A stretch of 64,000 bases of DNA from IMG/VR virus record IMGVR_UViG_3300009431_000005. One strand, given 5' to 3'. Shown one piece after another: positions 10,301 to 16,744 of the stretch. The notes beneath the pieces were generated by a model. It was not told the DNA's origin. It made no database searches and was given only the letters and a program-made list of their open reading frames with translations. Both the position numbers and the translations under genes were made by a program. Source of the DNA: an uncultured virus (IMG/VR IMGVR_UViG_3300009431_000005). Its lineage: Duplodnaviria; Heunggongvirae; Uroviricota; Caudoviricetes. Each line of letters opens with the position of its first letter. Position 1 is the first letter of the stretch.

Positions 10301-11100
10301 GTGACCTGGACGATCTGGTCCTTCTTGTTGCGGGCGGAGACGGCGGACTTCGACACGGACTCGGCAAGCGCGTCCTCCACACCCCACTCGCAGTCAGCTC
10401 CGTAGCCGTCGAGGGGTGCCGCGTCGTCGAGGTCGTCGAACTCCTCGAAGTGCAGGGAGCCGAGCGCGGCAACGTCCTCGGTCGCACCCTTGAGCCCCAT
10501 CATCGTCTTGAAGATGGCGATCTTGAGCGCATACCAGCGGTCGCTCTCCTCGGGCACGTCCGGGTACTGGTCGGACACGCGCGCACCTGCACGCTTGTAT
10601 CGGGAGTACGCCTTCTGCACCGAGACGCCCGTCTTCTTGGCCCACGCCTTCACCACGGCGGGCATCGGCTTCTCTTCGAGCGTCGCCTCGGTCACGCCGT
10701 CGAGGAACTCGAAGACCTCCGCGATCTCTGCGTCGAACATGCCGCCCTCACCCTCCGAAGCCGTGCCCGGTGCCTTGCGTAGCCCGGCCTTCTTACGCTG
10801 CGCAGCTCGCGCCTCCCGGTCCTGCGTCGGGCCGTACTGACGATCCCCGAGCTTCACGCCGTACGTGCCGTTGCGAATCGCAGCGGTGAGCCCCGTCCAC
10901 TTCATCGAACGCGGACCCTGACGCTTCGCCCCGTCCTTGATGGCCCACTCCGACTGGCTGAGCTTCACGTTCCCGGCGTCGAGGTCCCGCCCCGTGATCG
11001 TCCACCACTGGTTGCGGATCAGGACGGACTTCCCCGGCACGAGGTACTGCCGTAGCAGCTTCTCGGACGGGCCGGATTCGTGCAAGTCGTGGACGGGCAT
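4396..11100 (-). CDS. 2234 aa modular polyprotein (zincin HExxH, winged-HTH, Nudix, Zn fingers, many small unknown modules), putative capsid-internal protein
   Basis: Long ORF with genome-typical codon use; HEYGH...EEWWAE; Nudix box GGAMDKGEDPMQAARRELIEELG; repeated ESVDE/ESEDELDE linkers. Confidence 0.85.
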   Translation of the reverse strand: MPVHDLHESGPSEKLLRQYLVPGKSVLIRNQWWTITGRDLDAGNVKLSQSEWAIKDGAKRQGPRSMKWTGLTAAIRNGTYGVKLGDRQYGPTQDREARAAQRKKAGLRKAPGTASEGEGGMFDAEIAEVFEFLDGVTEATLEEKPMPAVVKAWAKKTGVSVQKAYSRYKRAGARVSDQYPDVPEESDRWYALKIAIFKTMMGLKGATEDVAALGSLHFEEFDDLDDAAPLDGYGADCEWGVEDALAESVSKSAVSARNKKDQIVQVTPRIGRFTAYSALPMKNGKAKPGWVYPRSDYDDGKLHPDPVIDDFDLRHFLKKIDKAMNALKLPSLEGALVMSRAPKGGLGGGSKSGPSGWMWKGSTVVYLNRVPSPVATSKFAAWKAPRSPHTMVHEYGHTIWYSVLSGAQRAAVTAYFNANVAPDKKAAKAAKTTPTTYGATKVEEWWAECIGYAMYGPGERISVEVFDFLRDVLSGKATADDVKPSKKKAKPKDKGVDTKGVKTMDLSKLGKGAATTVKPTGAGKEVTTTTPAPPETEPEKSKAVQRIQARDAEIKAAVGEYGVEVRKDGTARVIPAKDPRSKSMQKKLMGVLGLQYQKPDKDGLMGRYSTGKSGGVVVHESEETLVRVWMRCESDLDDVLHLARDADGVEHVEAFPPHRACIDFSTVDAAHEFIGVASQYGVAESIGEPVEEAAPTDKQWEKGKLIARPTIPGTVGDFKEIDGVVWNAVRSGYVNRGPVDKFIKQVKAGKWRAKLVEGYQPPKVLKLPGDSSLRLKGAGRETPLDTAFDKGRVPAPFRKDAAAAFDKWLRTQGTVGRTATSGYVARWDARNRAVSIVSGTGGRGVEFTYYTDSGKTDARMGRRSSSSTALKGDTLFAVADFLTQNKGRYLKPKDVQRGLGLRSVAGVMASLARLANAGKIKYDERKRAYMMETRTPVEELIDAAADMLDEVALDEDVIVALGALGSVAPGGVLGKLAVGLKRAVQDAVRLHKDGKESAAEKAWAKIDPNDRKRVKALLKRYEAEDSGSLPTSDDEDEIEVVIVEIADDEVPAYCELFGLCEVDPELGKEIGSGKAALHTNPSGEKFWGAAGAGILPICPKTGRFLLGKRSRAVNEPNTWGLFGGAMDKGEDPMQAARRELIEELGYRGPVKIHKAFVFTSPGGGFVYHNFLGVVEDEFVPKLDWENSRAEWLTMRQAEKIKGRWHFGFEALVMKSRNAITKLLGKAGKHMVRRKHESRWQQYADARGVPLEEAQFEVSDRYTALGIPHPDPETMCDGHCEGTGWVPVYMAEGDKRDDPKLARVSGPDEDDPRLITLWHMAEEANPADDGWHFVLCPDCNGSRLREAVATAGGGWKLRTLSPGSHLNTTRKLRRVEVSDPGGGRLFMYYEDGTWTRRGIPGVQYPSSFFKPKPPKELGIPLAVSKRAKGLLSESVDEAGFRTQSKIRKFPGFTVRRTSNGVVFVDDEKAKVSYYGSLKHGEVMWHHETTKKPPSEPFPKAVLRFANNVVKALGESEEELDEAAFAPLRDASVREQESNRVCNGCNALVEKGGRGASCRKYKGRKIKDPDGLTCDEWVRLRESVDEVQRTTFGELAVGDRYAKPNRDAVYEKTSKGAAKLIKATTGKPGGVPSRVRPTETVIRMGPKATHYDPYGLHPHPNNVIPEDEDDLDEAQSLTLQVWPKGQAATGALSISTRTPLKRAAQDVLHYVGKHKPAWLDGALNVVEYAPARGKPTAFAFDAEKPSLRRLRESEDELDEGFTPKSLKVGRFYGVRTTGGGDPGDWDHILFVTAKQRNGTAKGIDYDASTNKSRKASFNGYNLSDAAQLDPRDVDGTAKSNIVRKLDSGMSFEDYGESVDEGYQHVHWKGSKSLRFKIAVPGKKPGSAAKKTVQGRTFGEFLGIHMDNRGQGTWVVTHIPTGLKIVGVSSLGDERGLVRAVKSVEQRLGSKLDFATPDEAPADVMAALKNLRKLRESEEDTFVIVHDDGKRYWTGDGWTTDITKAKQYDSEEAAAKAEEKIGEAVVAFEDFVDDEFLDALAEDELLELVTDLLPIKGATMRWFSDHRGRRVTLPDLMARISEDPIVSRRPPSEKEMKTVLRYLKKRGVQKDGDGYVYEGTTSSTAGGFRGHGDPDPHGFQSGGPGGGPPLNRGKGVGGAKNAPKPPADDGDVKRGGGNVSETLLVPRDKLDRLVRIAAELQLSDDLPLQPEGDAFALILPAEQAGRVQEALDADAVA
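8008..8026. repeat. dispersed palindrome, copy 1 of 5
   Basis: CGTTGGCAGGCTGCCACTG. Confidence 0.85.
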
Positions 11101-11103
11101 GGG

Positions 11104-11352
11104 TCAGTCTTTGAGTACTTCCGTACTCTTCGCACCCCACTTCTTTGCGAGCGCCTTGAGCTTTGCCAGGGCGGTCTTCGCGTCTGGCTTGTGAGGCTCA
11201 CCCGCTGTCTGGCTGCCCATCCGCATCGAAGAGGACCCTTTGCCCACAGTGATGACCGCGTGCGTACTCGCCTCGTCCACGTTGCGCATGACGTCGGTGA
11301 CAGAGAGAGCGCCCTCAACGAGTAGCGACTGTTTGTTGTGCGGTGCCTTCAT
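11104..11352 (-). CDS. small basic protein with conserved leader, putative internal head protein
   Basis: Leader LLVEGALSVTDVMRNVDEA; C-terminus (ALAKLKALAKKWGAKSTEV) resembles its two neighbours. Confidence 0.7.
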   Translation of the reverse strand: MKAPHNKQSLLVEGALSVTDVMRNVDEASTHAVITVGKGSSSMRMGSQTAGEPHKPDAKTALAKLKALAKKWGAKSTEVLKD

Positions 11353-11360
11353 GATTCGTC

Positions 11361-11648
11361 TCAGGGTTGGGTGTAGAGGATTCGTTTCCCGTCGGCTTTC
11401 GCCTTCGCCTGGGCCTGCTTCTTCGCATCAGCGTACGACATCTGACCCTTGATGAAGAAGGGCTTCCCGCCCTGGCTGTAGGCGAAGGCCCAAGAGCCCG
11501 CCCCCTTGGGCTCCTTGCCGTGCGACGCCACGTACGCGCTCGTGTTCACGAGGACCTGAGCCTCGTCGACGTTCTGCATGGCGTCCCCGATGGAGAGCGC
11601 ACTCTCCACGAGCCTCCGAGTCGTCGGAGTGTCCTTCATCCTGGTCAT
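11361..11648 (-). CDS. small basic protein with conserved leader, paralog of 11651..11911
   Basis: Leader RLVESALSIGDAMQNVDEA; mature part YVASHGKEPKGAGSWAF...FIKGQMSYADAKKQA. Confidence 0.75.
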   Translation of the reverse strand: MTRMKDTPTTRRLVESALSIGDAMQNVDEAQVLVNTSAYVASHGKEPKGAGSWAFAYSQGGKPFFIKGQMSYADAKKQAQAKAKADGKRILYTQP

Positions 11649-11650
11649 GG

Positions 11651-11911
11651 TCAGCTCTCGACGTACACGGTGCTCGCGCCCGCCTTCCGCGCACGCTTGA
11701 CGGCTTCCTTCTTCGCGGCCCCGTACTTGCCCTGGATGAAGACGGGGGCCGTCTCCTTCCCGGCGATCACGAACACGAAGGCCCAGCGTCCGTCACCCTT
11801 CGGGGACTTCCCGTGCGCCGCGATGTAGCGGGAGTCCCGTACGTCGACGGCCTCGTCGGTGCGATGCACCGCGAGGGCTCCTTCGGCCAGCGTCTCTAGT
11901 CTGTGCGGCAT
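11651..11911 (-). CDS. small basic protein with conserved leader, paralog of 11361..11648
   Basis: Leader TLAEGALAVHRTDEA; mature part YIAAHGKSPKGDGRWAF...FIQGKYGAAKKEA. Confidence 0.75.
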   Translation of the reverse strand: MPHRLETLAEGALAVHRTDEAVDVRDSRYIAAHGKSPKGDGRWAFVFVIAGKETAPVFIQGKYGAAKKEAVKRARKAGASTVYVES

Positions 11912-12010
11912 GAGCCACCTCGGGTCAGTGCAGGGCGAGAGTGGGAGGAACCCCCGCCCTGCGTCCGCATCGAATTGTCACCACAGCTTCGCAGCGGGAG
12001 CGGGAGGGTC

Positions 12011-14803
12011 CTACTCCTCGTCGCCCCCGTCCTGCTCGGATTCCAGCGCCGCGATCTCGTCCTCGATGGACTCGTTGGCGCTGTAGCCCTTGCCCTTCGC
12101 GTACTTGAGCGTGCCCTTGTTCACGAGGCGAGACAGGACCTTCATCATCTGCGCGTCGGTCGCGCCCTTCGCGCCGGTGTACCCGGCCGCCGCCATCGAC
12201 TTCTTGAGCGAGCCGAAGGTCGTCGACTTGCCCATCGTCTGCGCGAAGTACCCGAGGCAGGCGGAGATCAGCGCGGTGTCCGCACCCTTGCCGCCCTTCG
12301 CGGCCGTGGCAAGCGCGCCGCTCGCCCCGCCCTTCTTCTCGTCGAGAATGTCGAGCTGCTCGCCGGTCTCGTCCGGCTCCTCGCTGGTCCGGAGCTGCCG
12401 ACGGCGGGCCTTGTACTTCTTGGCGTAGCGGCGGGCCTGCGCCTTGGCCTTGCCGGTCTTCCGACGGCGTGCGGCCTTGCGTGCGGCCTTGCGCTCCTCG
12501 GGCGTCCGCTTCTTGGCGTTGCGCGCCCGCGCCTTCACGGCCCCACGGCTCATCCGCTTGATGGCCTCCAGGACCTCGTCGCCCAGGGAAGCGCCGATCA
12601 GCTCCGCGCGCCGGAGCGCGTTCTCGAAGTCGCACTCCTCGACGGCGGAGTCGAACGCGCGGATGTCGGCGAGGTGCTCGTTCGCACTCGCGCCCAGCAC
12701 GTCGCTCAGGAGGGAGGCGATCGCGTCGAGCGTGTCGTCCTCCAGCTCACCGATCGCGGCGGCGAGGGCTTCCTCGTCGTCCTCGTCGATGCCGGGGAAC
12801 TCGATCTCCTCTTCGTAGCCCAGCTCCTCGGCCTGCTCTTGCACGAGCACGGTCGCGGCGCGGACTTCCTCGGGAGCCTCGGTGTCGCAGTCCAGTTCGA
12901 TCAGAGCGTCGCCCTCGGCGTCGCCAGCGCGCAGCTCGATCTTGCCTTCGCCGAGCGTGAGCACGGCTTCGTCGATGACGGTCATGGAATCATCCTCCGG
13001 TTCGTGGGATTCGAGCGCGGCCTTCACCTTGCTCGTGAACTTCCTGTCCTTCTTGAGACCTGCGACGAGGACATCCTGCGCCGCTTTGTTCGCTTGCATC
13101 CAGAGCGGGCTGTTCCGGACCCACTTCATCACGCGCGTCCACGTCTGAGCGGGGATCGTGTCCCCGGGCTGCGTGATTCCAGTGAGGCGGAGCAAGTCCG
13201 GGACGTTGAACTCGAACTCGAAGTCGTCGCGGCCCTCGCAGATCCGTAGCGCGACCCCCTCGTCCGGCTCGCAGGATTCGAGTGCGTCGCTCACCATGCG
13301 AGCGAGCGCCCGGTCCTTCTTGACCTCTCTGACGAGCGCGGACTGCGTCGACTTGTTCACCTTCCACCAGTACGGCTGGTCGCTGATGTGACGCGCGATG
13401 TCCGTCCACGCGCCGCTCGCCATCTGCTGACCCTTCGTCGCCAACCCGGCCGCGAGGAGCAGGTCGCCGACGTTGAAGAACATCTGCATGTCCCCGTAGT
13501 CCTCGTCCAGCGTCGCGGTACCGTCGTCGGCTTCATACAGGCTCGGGTCCTTGCGGAACGCGGCGACCTCCTTCGCGGCGGTCTTATCGAGGTGCGGCGT
13601 GGTGAGGGCCTTCTTCGCCACCTCCGCAGGAGAACCCGTCTTCGCCAGCGCCCCCACGCGGTCCACCATGTAGCGGCCCAGCTTGGAGTCGAGCACGGCG
13701 CGGATCTCGTCGGGCGTGTACCCCTTGGACTTCCACCGCTTCTGGAGCGCCTTGAAGACGGCCTCCCAGTACGGCTCCACGTCCTCGGTACCCTGCGCGT
13801 TCATCTGGGTGTACAGCGACCCGAAGAAGCCGTACCCCTCGTTCTTGGTCTTGGGCACACGCGCTTCGTCGACGGACTCACGATAGCCGCGCGGGTTGCG
13901 GATGTTGTCCTTGCCGCAGTTGCCGCAGTACGCCTTCTTCGGGTTCTCCGTGTCCTTGCCGAGATTGTCGCCGCAGTTGGGGCAGCGCAGGTCGGTGCCT
14001 TCGTCGATCGGGTCGTCGACGGACTCCTCGTACCCCATCATCCCGTAGTACACGCTGTCGGGAATCTCGTCGCGGGCAGCGGTGTCCATGCTGGACGCGA
14101 GCTTGCGGGCCTCCTTGATCTTGCCCACCTTCAGGAGACGGAGGAGCTTCTCGTAGTCCTTGAGGTCGCCCGCGTACATCTTCTTCATGCCCGTGTCGCG
14201 CTCGTCGGCGACCAGCTTCTTGTACCGAGCGATCAGGTCTCCCATCGCCTTGACACCCGACGACCCGAGACGCTGCGAAGCCTCGTGGATGGCCTCGCCC
14301 AAGTGCTTCGCCACGAGGGCCAGGGCAGCCTTCATGTCGTTGGCCTTGCCGATGCGTCCGCCGACCGCGCGGCCCGTCTTGTCCTTGCCGACGCTCTCGA
14401 TGCGGAAGCCGGAGCCGTCGGGGCTGATGAGTGCGACGCCCTTCCCCCTGTAGCGGACGAGGTGTTGCTTCGGGGAACTCGGGTGCGGCTTCGCTTCGAG
14501 GTCGGAGACCTTCACCGCTTCGTCGAGATCGTCGCCGGGCGGGTCGTTCTCCAGGTCGCCCTCCTTGTGCTCGACGATCCGCACGCCGCCCTCGTCCTCG
14601 AACAGCACCGCGTGGTCTTCCCCGACCACGAGGAAGCCCTCGTCGACGGAGTACAGCTCCAGCGGTTCCTCACCGTAGTCGGCGAGCACAACTCTGCCGC
14701 TCTCGCGTGCGAGCAAGGCCGGAGTCTCGTCGTCCTCCAGCATTGCTCCCATGTCGATCGCTTCCAGCACAGTCACGCCGAAGAAGTCTGCTACTCGGGT
14801 CAT
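12011..14803 (-). CDS. 930 aa modular polyprotein, putative prohead core/internal protein
   Basis: Alternating acidic and basic blocks; linkers LDEA, LGEAIHEA, ESVDDPIDEG, RESVDEA, ALES; Zn ribbon CPNC...CGNC; GAGGA upstream of ATG. Confidence 0.85.
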   Translation of the reverse strand: MTRVADFFGVTVLEAIDMGAMLEDDETPALLARESGRVVLADYGEEPLELYSVDEGFLVVGEDHAVLFEDEGGVRIVEHKEGDLENDPPGDDLDEAVKVSDLEAKPHPSSPKQHLVRYRGKGVALISPDGSGFRIESVGKDKTGRAVGGRIGKANDMKAALALVAKHLGEAIHEASQRLGSSGVKAMGDLIARYKKLVADERDTGMKKMYAGDLKDYEKLLRLLKVGKIKEARKLASSMDTAARDEIPDSVYYGMMGYEESVDDPIDEGTDLRCPNCGDNLGKDTENPKKAYCGNCGKDNIRNPRGYRESVDEARVPKTKNEGYGFFGSLYTQMNAQGTEDVEPYWEAVFKALQKRWKSKGYTPDEIRAVLDSKLGRYMVDRVGALAKTGSPAEVAKKALTTPHLDKTAAKEVAAFRKDPSLYEADDGTATLDEDYGDMQMFFNVGDLLLAAGLATKGQQMASGAWTDIARHISDQPYWWKVNKSTQSALVREVKKDRALARMVSDALESCEPDEGVALRICEGRDDFEFEFNVPDLLRLTGITQPGDTIPAQTWTRVMKWVRNSPLWMQANKAAQDVLVAGLKKDRKFTSKVKAALESHEPEDDSMTVIDEAVLTLGEGKIELRAGDAEGDALIELDCDTEAPEEVRAATVLVQEQAEELGYEEEIEFPGIDEDDEEALAAAIGELEDDTLDAIASLLSDVLGASANEHLADIRAFDSAVEECDFENALRRAELIGASLGDEVLEAIKRMSRGAVKARARNAKKRTPEERKAARKAARRRKTGKAKAQARRYAKKYKARRRQLRTSEEPDETGEQLDILDEKKGGASGALATAAKGGKGADTALISACLGYFAQTMGKSTTFGSLKKSMAAAGYTGAKGATDAQMMKVLSRLVNKGTLKYAKGKGYSANESIEDEIAALESEQDGGDEE

Positions 14804-14842
14804 CGTGGTGTCCTCATCTCGGGGGCGGTGCGCATCAGGATC

Positions 14843-15268
14843 TCAAAGGGGGAGTAGCGCGTCAACGACGCGGGCGTCGGAGGACTGCACGAACAAACGG
14901 GGGCCGCCCTCCCGGTCTGCGTCGTTCCTACCCTCCGTCCAGGTCAGCGGGGGAGAGAGGCGGACGGTGGCAGGCTCGACCAGTGGCAGGCTGCCAACGG
15001 CACCGTCCCCGAGTGAGAGCCCCACTTCGTCGGGCCAGCCGTCTCCGGGTGTGTGTCCGATGTCTCTGGGATGTGTATCGACCGACCCCCGCTCCCAGGC
15101 CCGTGAGAGGCATTCGCTGGAACAGTATGGGCCATGTGTCTGGGATGTGCTCCCGTACCACCGCGTCGCCCAGAGTCTGATGACCGCGTCGCACTCGGCG
15201 CACCAGCCCAGGCTCGGGTGGAATCCTGAGCTGTCCTCGTCCGGGTGCCGGGGCCATCCGTAGCTCAT
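14843..15268 (-). CDS. hypothetical protein (uncertain)
   Basis: Coupled ATGA start; CAEC...YCSSEC motif; atypical composition. Confidence 0.35.
   Translation of the reverse strand: MSYGWPRHPDEDSSGFHPSLGWCAECDAVIRLWATRWYGSTSQTHGPYCSSECLSRAWERGSVDTHPRDIGHTPGDGWPDEVGLSLGDGAVGSLPLVEPATVRLSPPLTWTEGRNDADREGGPRLFVQSSDARVVDALLPL
14981..14999. repeat. dispersed palindrome, copy 2 of 5
   Basis: CAGTGGCAGGCTGCCAACG. Confidence 0.85.
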
Positions 15269-15429
15269 GACTGCGAGTACCTCCAGAACAGGAAGATCAG
15301 GAGGCCGATGCAGATGACGACCACGACCCCGACGGCGCGGTCGAGCTTCTGCTCCTGACGCTTCTTCGCTCGGGCCAGCTCGATCTCACGCTCCCTTCGG
15401 GACTGCGGCTTCGTCCGTGGCTTGGGCAC
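15265..15429 (-). CDS. small membrane protein
   Basis: GTG start; basic N-terminus then TM AVGVVVVICIGLLIFLFW. Confidence 0.5.
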   Translation of the reverse strand: MPKPRTKPQSRREREIELARAKKRQEQKLDRAVGVVVVICIGLLIFLFWRYSQS

Positions 15430-15644
15430 TAGAACTCCTCGCCCTTCTCCAGAGCTAGGCGACGGGCCACGTCGACGACGCGCTCGTCCTTGTACGGCGT
15501 GGAGTCGAGCAGCTCCCGGAGCTTCGCGGCTCCCGCTTCGTCGCTGGTCGCCTCCGCCGTCTTCAGGGCACGCCGGGCTTGCACGAGGGTGCGTGCGTAG
15601 CTGGGCACGTCTCGCTCGGAGATCGTGGTCTCGGCCTCGTTCAC
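15429..15644 (-). CDS. hypothetical protein
   Basis: GAGGAGG SD; coupled ORF. Confidence 0.55.
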   Translation of the reverse strand: MNEAETTISERDVPSYARTLVQARRALKTAEATSDEAGAAKLRELLDSTPYKDERVVDVARRLALEKGEEF

Positions 15645-15829
15645 GATCGCCCCTCCTCACCTCCCTCGTGGAGAGGTTGCCGGAGGCCCTTCGGTTTGCG
15701 GATCGCGGCGGCGAGGACCTCGACGGCTTCCTGCATGCGCAGGTGACCGGCGCGGTCGCTCTTCACTTGCGCGCAGATATCGTCCAGTAGCTTGAGAGCC
15801 TCCTCGGGGCTCATGCGTTCTTCCGTCAC
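15641..15829 (-). CDS. hypothetical protein
   Basis: GGAGGG SD; GTGA overlap. Confidence 0.55.
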   Translation of the reverse strand: MTEERMSPEEALKLLDDICAQVKSDRAGHLRMQEAVEVLAAAIRKPKGLRQPLHEGGEEGRS

Positions 15830-16251
15830 TTCTTGTCCCTCCGTTGGATGGGTGGTCGCTCCTTCATGGACGGGGGTACTCCGCGATCGCGGAGCATCGT
15901 CTCCAGGTCCATCTGCTCGACACGGAAGTCCCGGTACTCCTCGGGCGCAGGAGGGGCCTCCTCGGCAACGTCGACACCTTCCTCAGTTCCATCAGGTTCT
16001 TCGGGTGGTTGAGAAGCCGTCGTCACGCTCGGAGGCCCCAATTCCGTCTTGAGCATCATCACGATGTCGAAGACCGTAGCACGCAGCTCCGCCAGCTCGG
16101 CGTCCTGTCGTGCGTTTGCGTCGGAAGAGGTCTCCAGGGTCAGCACGCGGTCGCGCATCCCGAGATAGTCCGAAGCGAACCACCCCACGAGCGCCAGACC
16201 GAGCGCACTCGCAAGCCCCACCACCGTCTTCCCGCTGATCGTGATCTGCAT
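15826..16251 (-). CDS. membrane-anchored coiled-coil protein
   Basis: N-terminal TM VVGLASALGLALVGWF followed by a heptad-like segment. Confidence 0.6.
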   Translation of the reverse strand: MQITISGKTVVGLASALGLALVGWFASDYLGMRDRVLTLETSSDANARQDAELAELRATVFDIVMMLKTELGPPSVTTASQPPEEPDGTEEGVDVAEEAPPAPEEYRDFRVEQMDLETMLRDRGVPPSMKERPPIQRRDKK

Positions 16252-16253
16252 GG

Positions 16254-16742
16254 TCAGCCCGTCCTCACTGCGCCGTCGTCGTCCTCGTACTTCGCAAGCC
16301 GCTGGCGGAGACCTTCGATCATCTCCTCACGCTCGGCGAGTCGGGCCTCCAGCGTGGTGAGCTTACCGCGCAGCTCCTCGATCTCCGCCTGCAGTTCCTG
16401 CTCGCGGGTGATGTGCGTCGTGCGTACCGCATCGACCTCCGCCCTGAGCGTGCGGTTCTCTTCTTGCAGAACCTGGAAGCGTCCCGACCACCTCTCCTCG
16501 GACTCCGCAAGCCGCTCCCGTAGCTCGGCGGCGTGCGTCTTCAGCATCTCGGCGAACTCCATCGCCGACTTGCCGATGGCGAGGTCGCCGCTGATCTGAA
16601 TGCTGTGGGCCTCCGCCTCCGTCTTCTGACGGCGCAGGAGGCCCGTGATGAGTGCTGTTAGTGCTCCGCTGCCTACGACCGCGACGACGACCGGGATGAC
16701 CCAGTCAGGTAGCCCCCCTGTGCCTTCCGCGAGTCCTAGCAT
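16254..16742 (-). CDS. membrane-anchored coiled-coil protein (lysis-cluster type)
   Basis: Start reassigned to ATG 16742; TM WVIPVVVAVVGSGALTALI then long coiled coil. Confidence 0.65.
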   Translation of the reverse strand: MLGLAEGTGGLPDWVIPVVVAVVGSGALTALITGLLRRQKTEAEAHSIQISGDLAIGKSAMEFAEMLKTHAAELRERLAESEERWSGRFQVLQEENRTLRAEVDAVRTTHITREQELQAEIEELRGKLTTLEARLAEREEMIEGLRQRLAKYEDDDGAVRTG

Positions 16743-16744
16743 GC

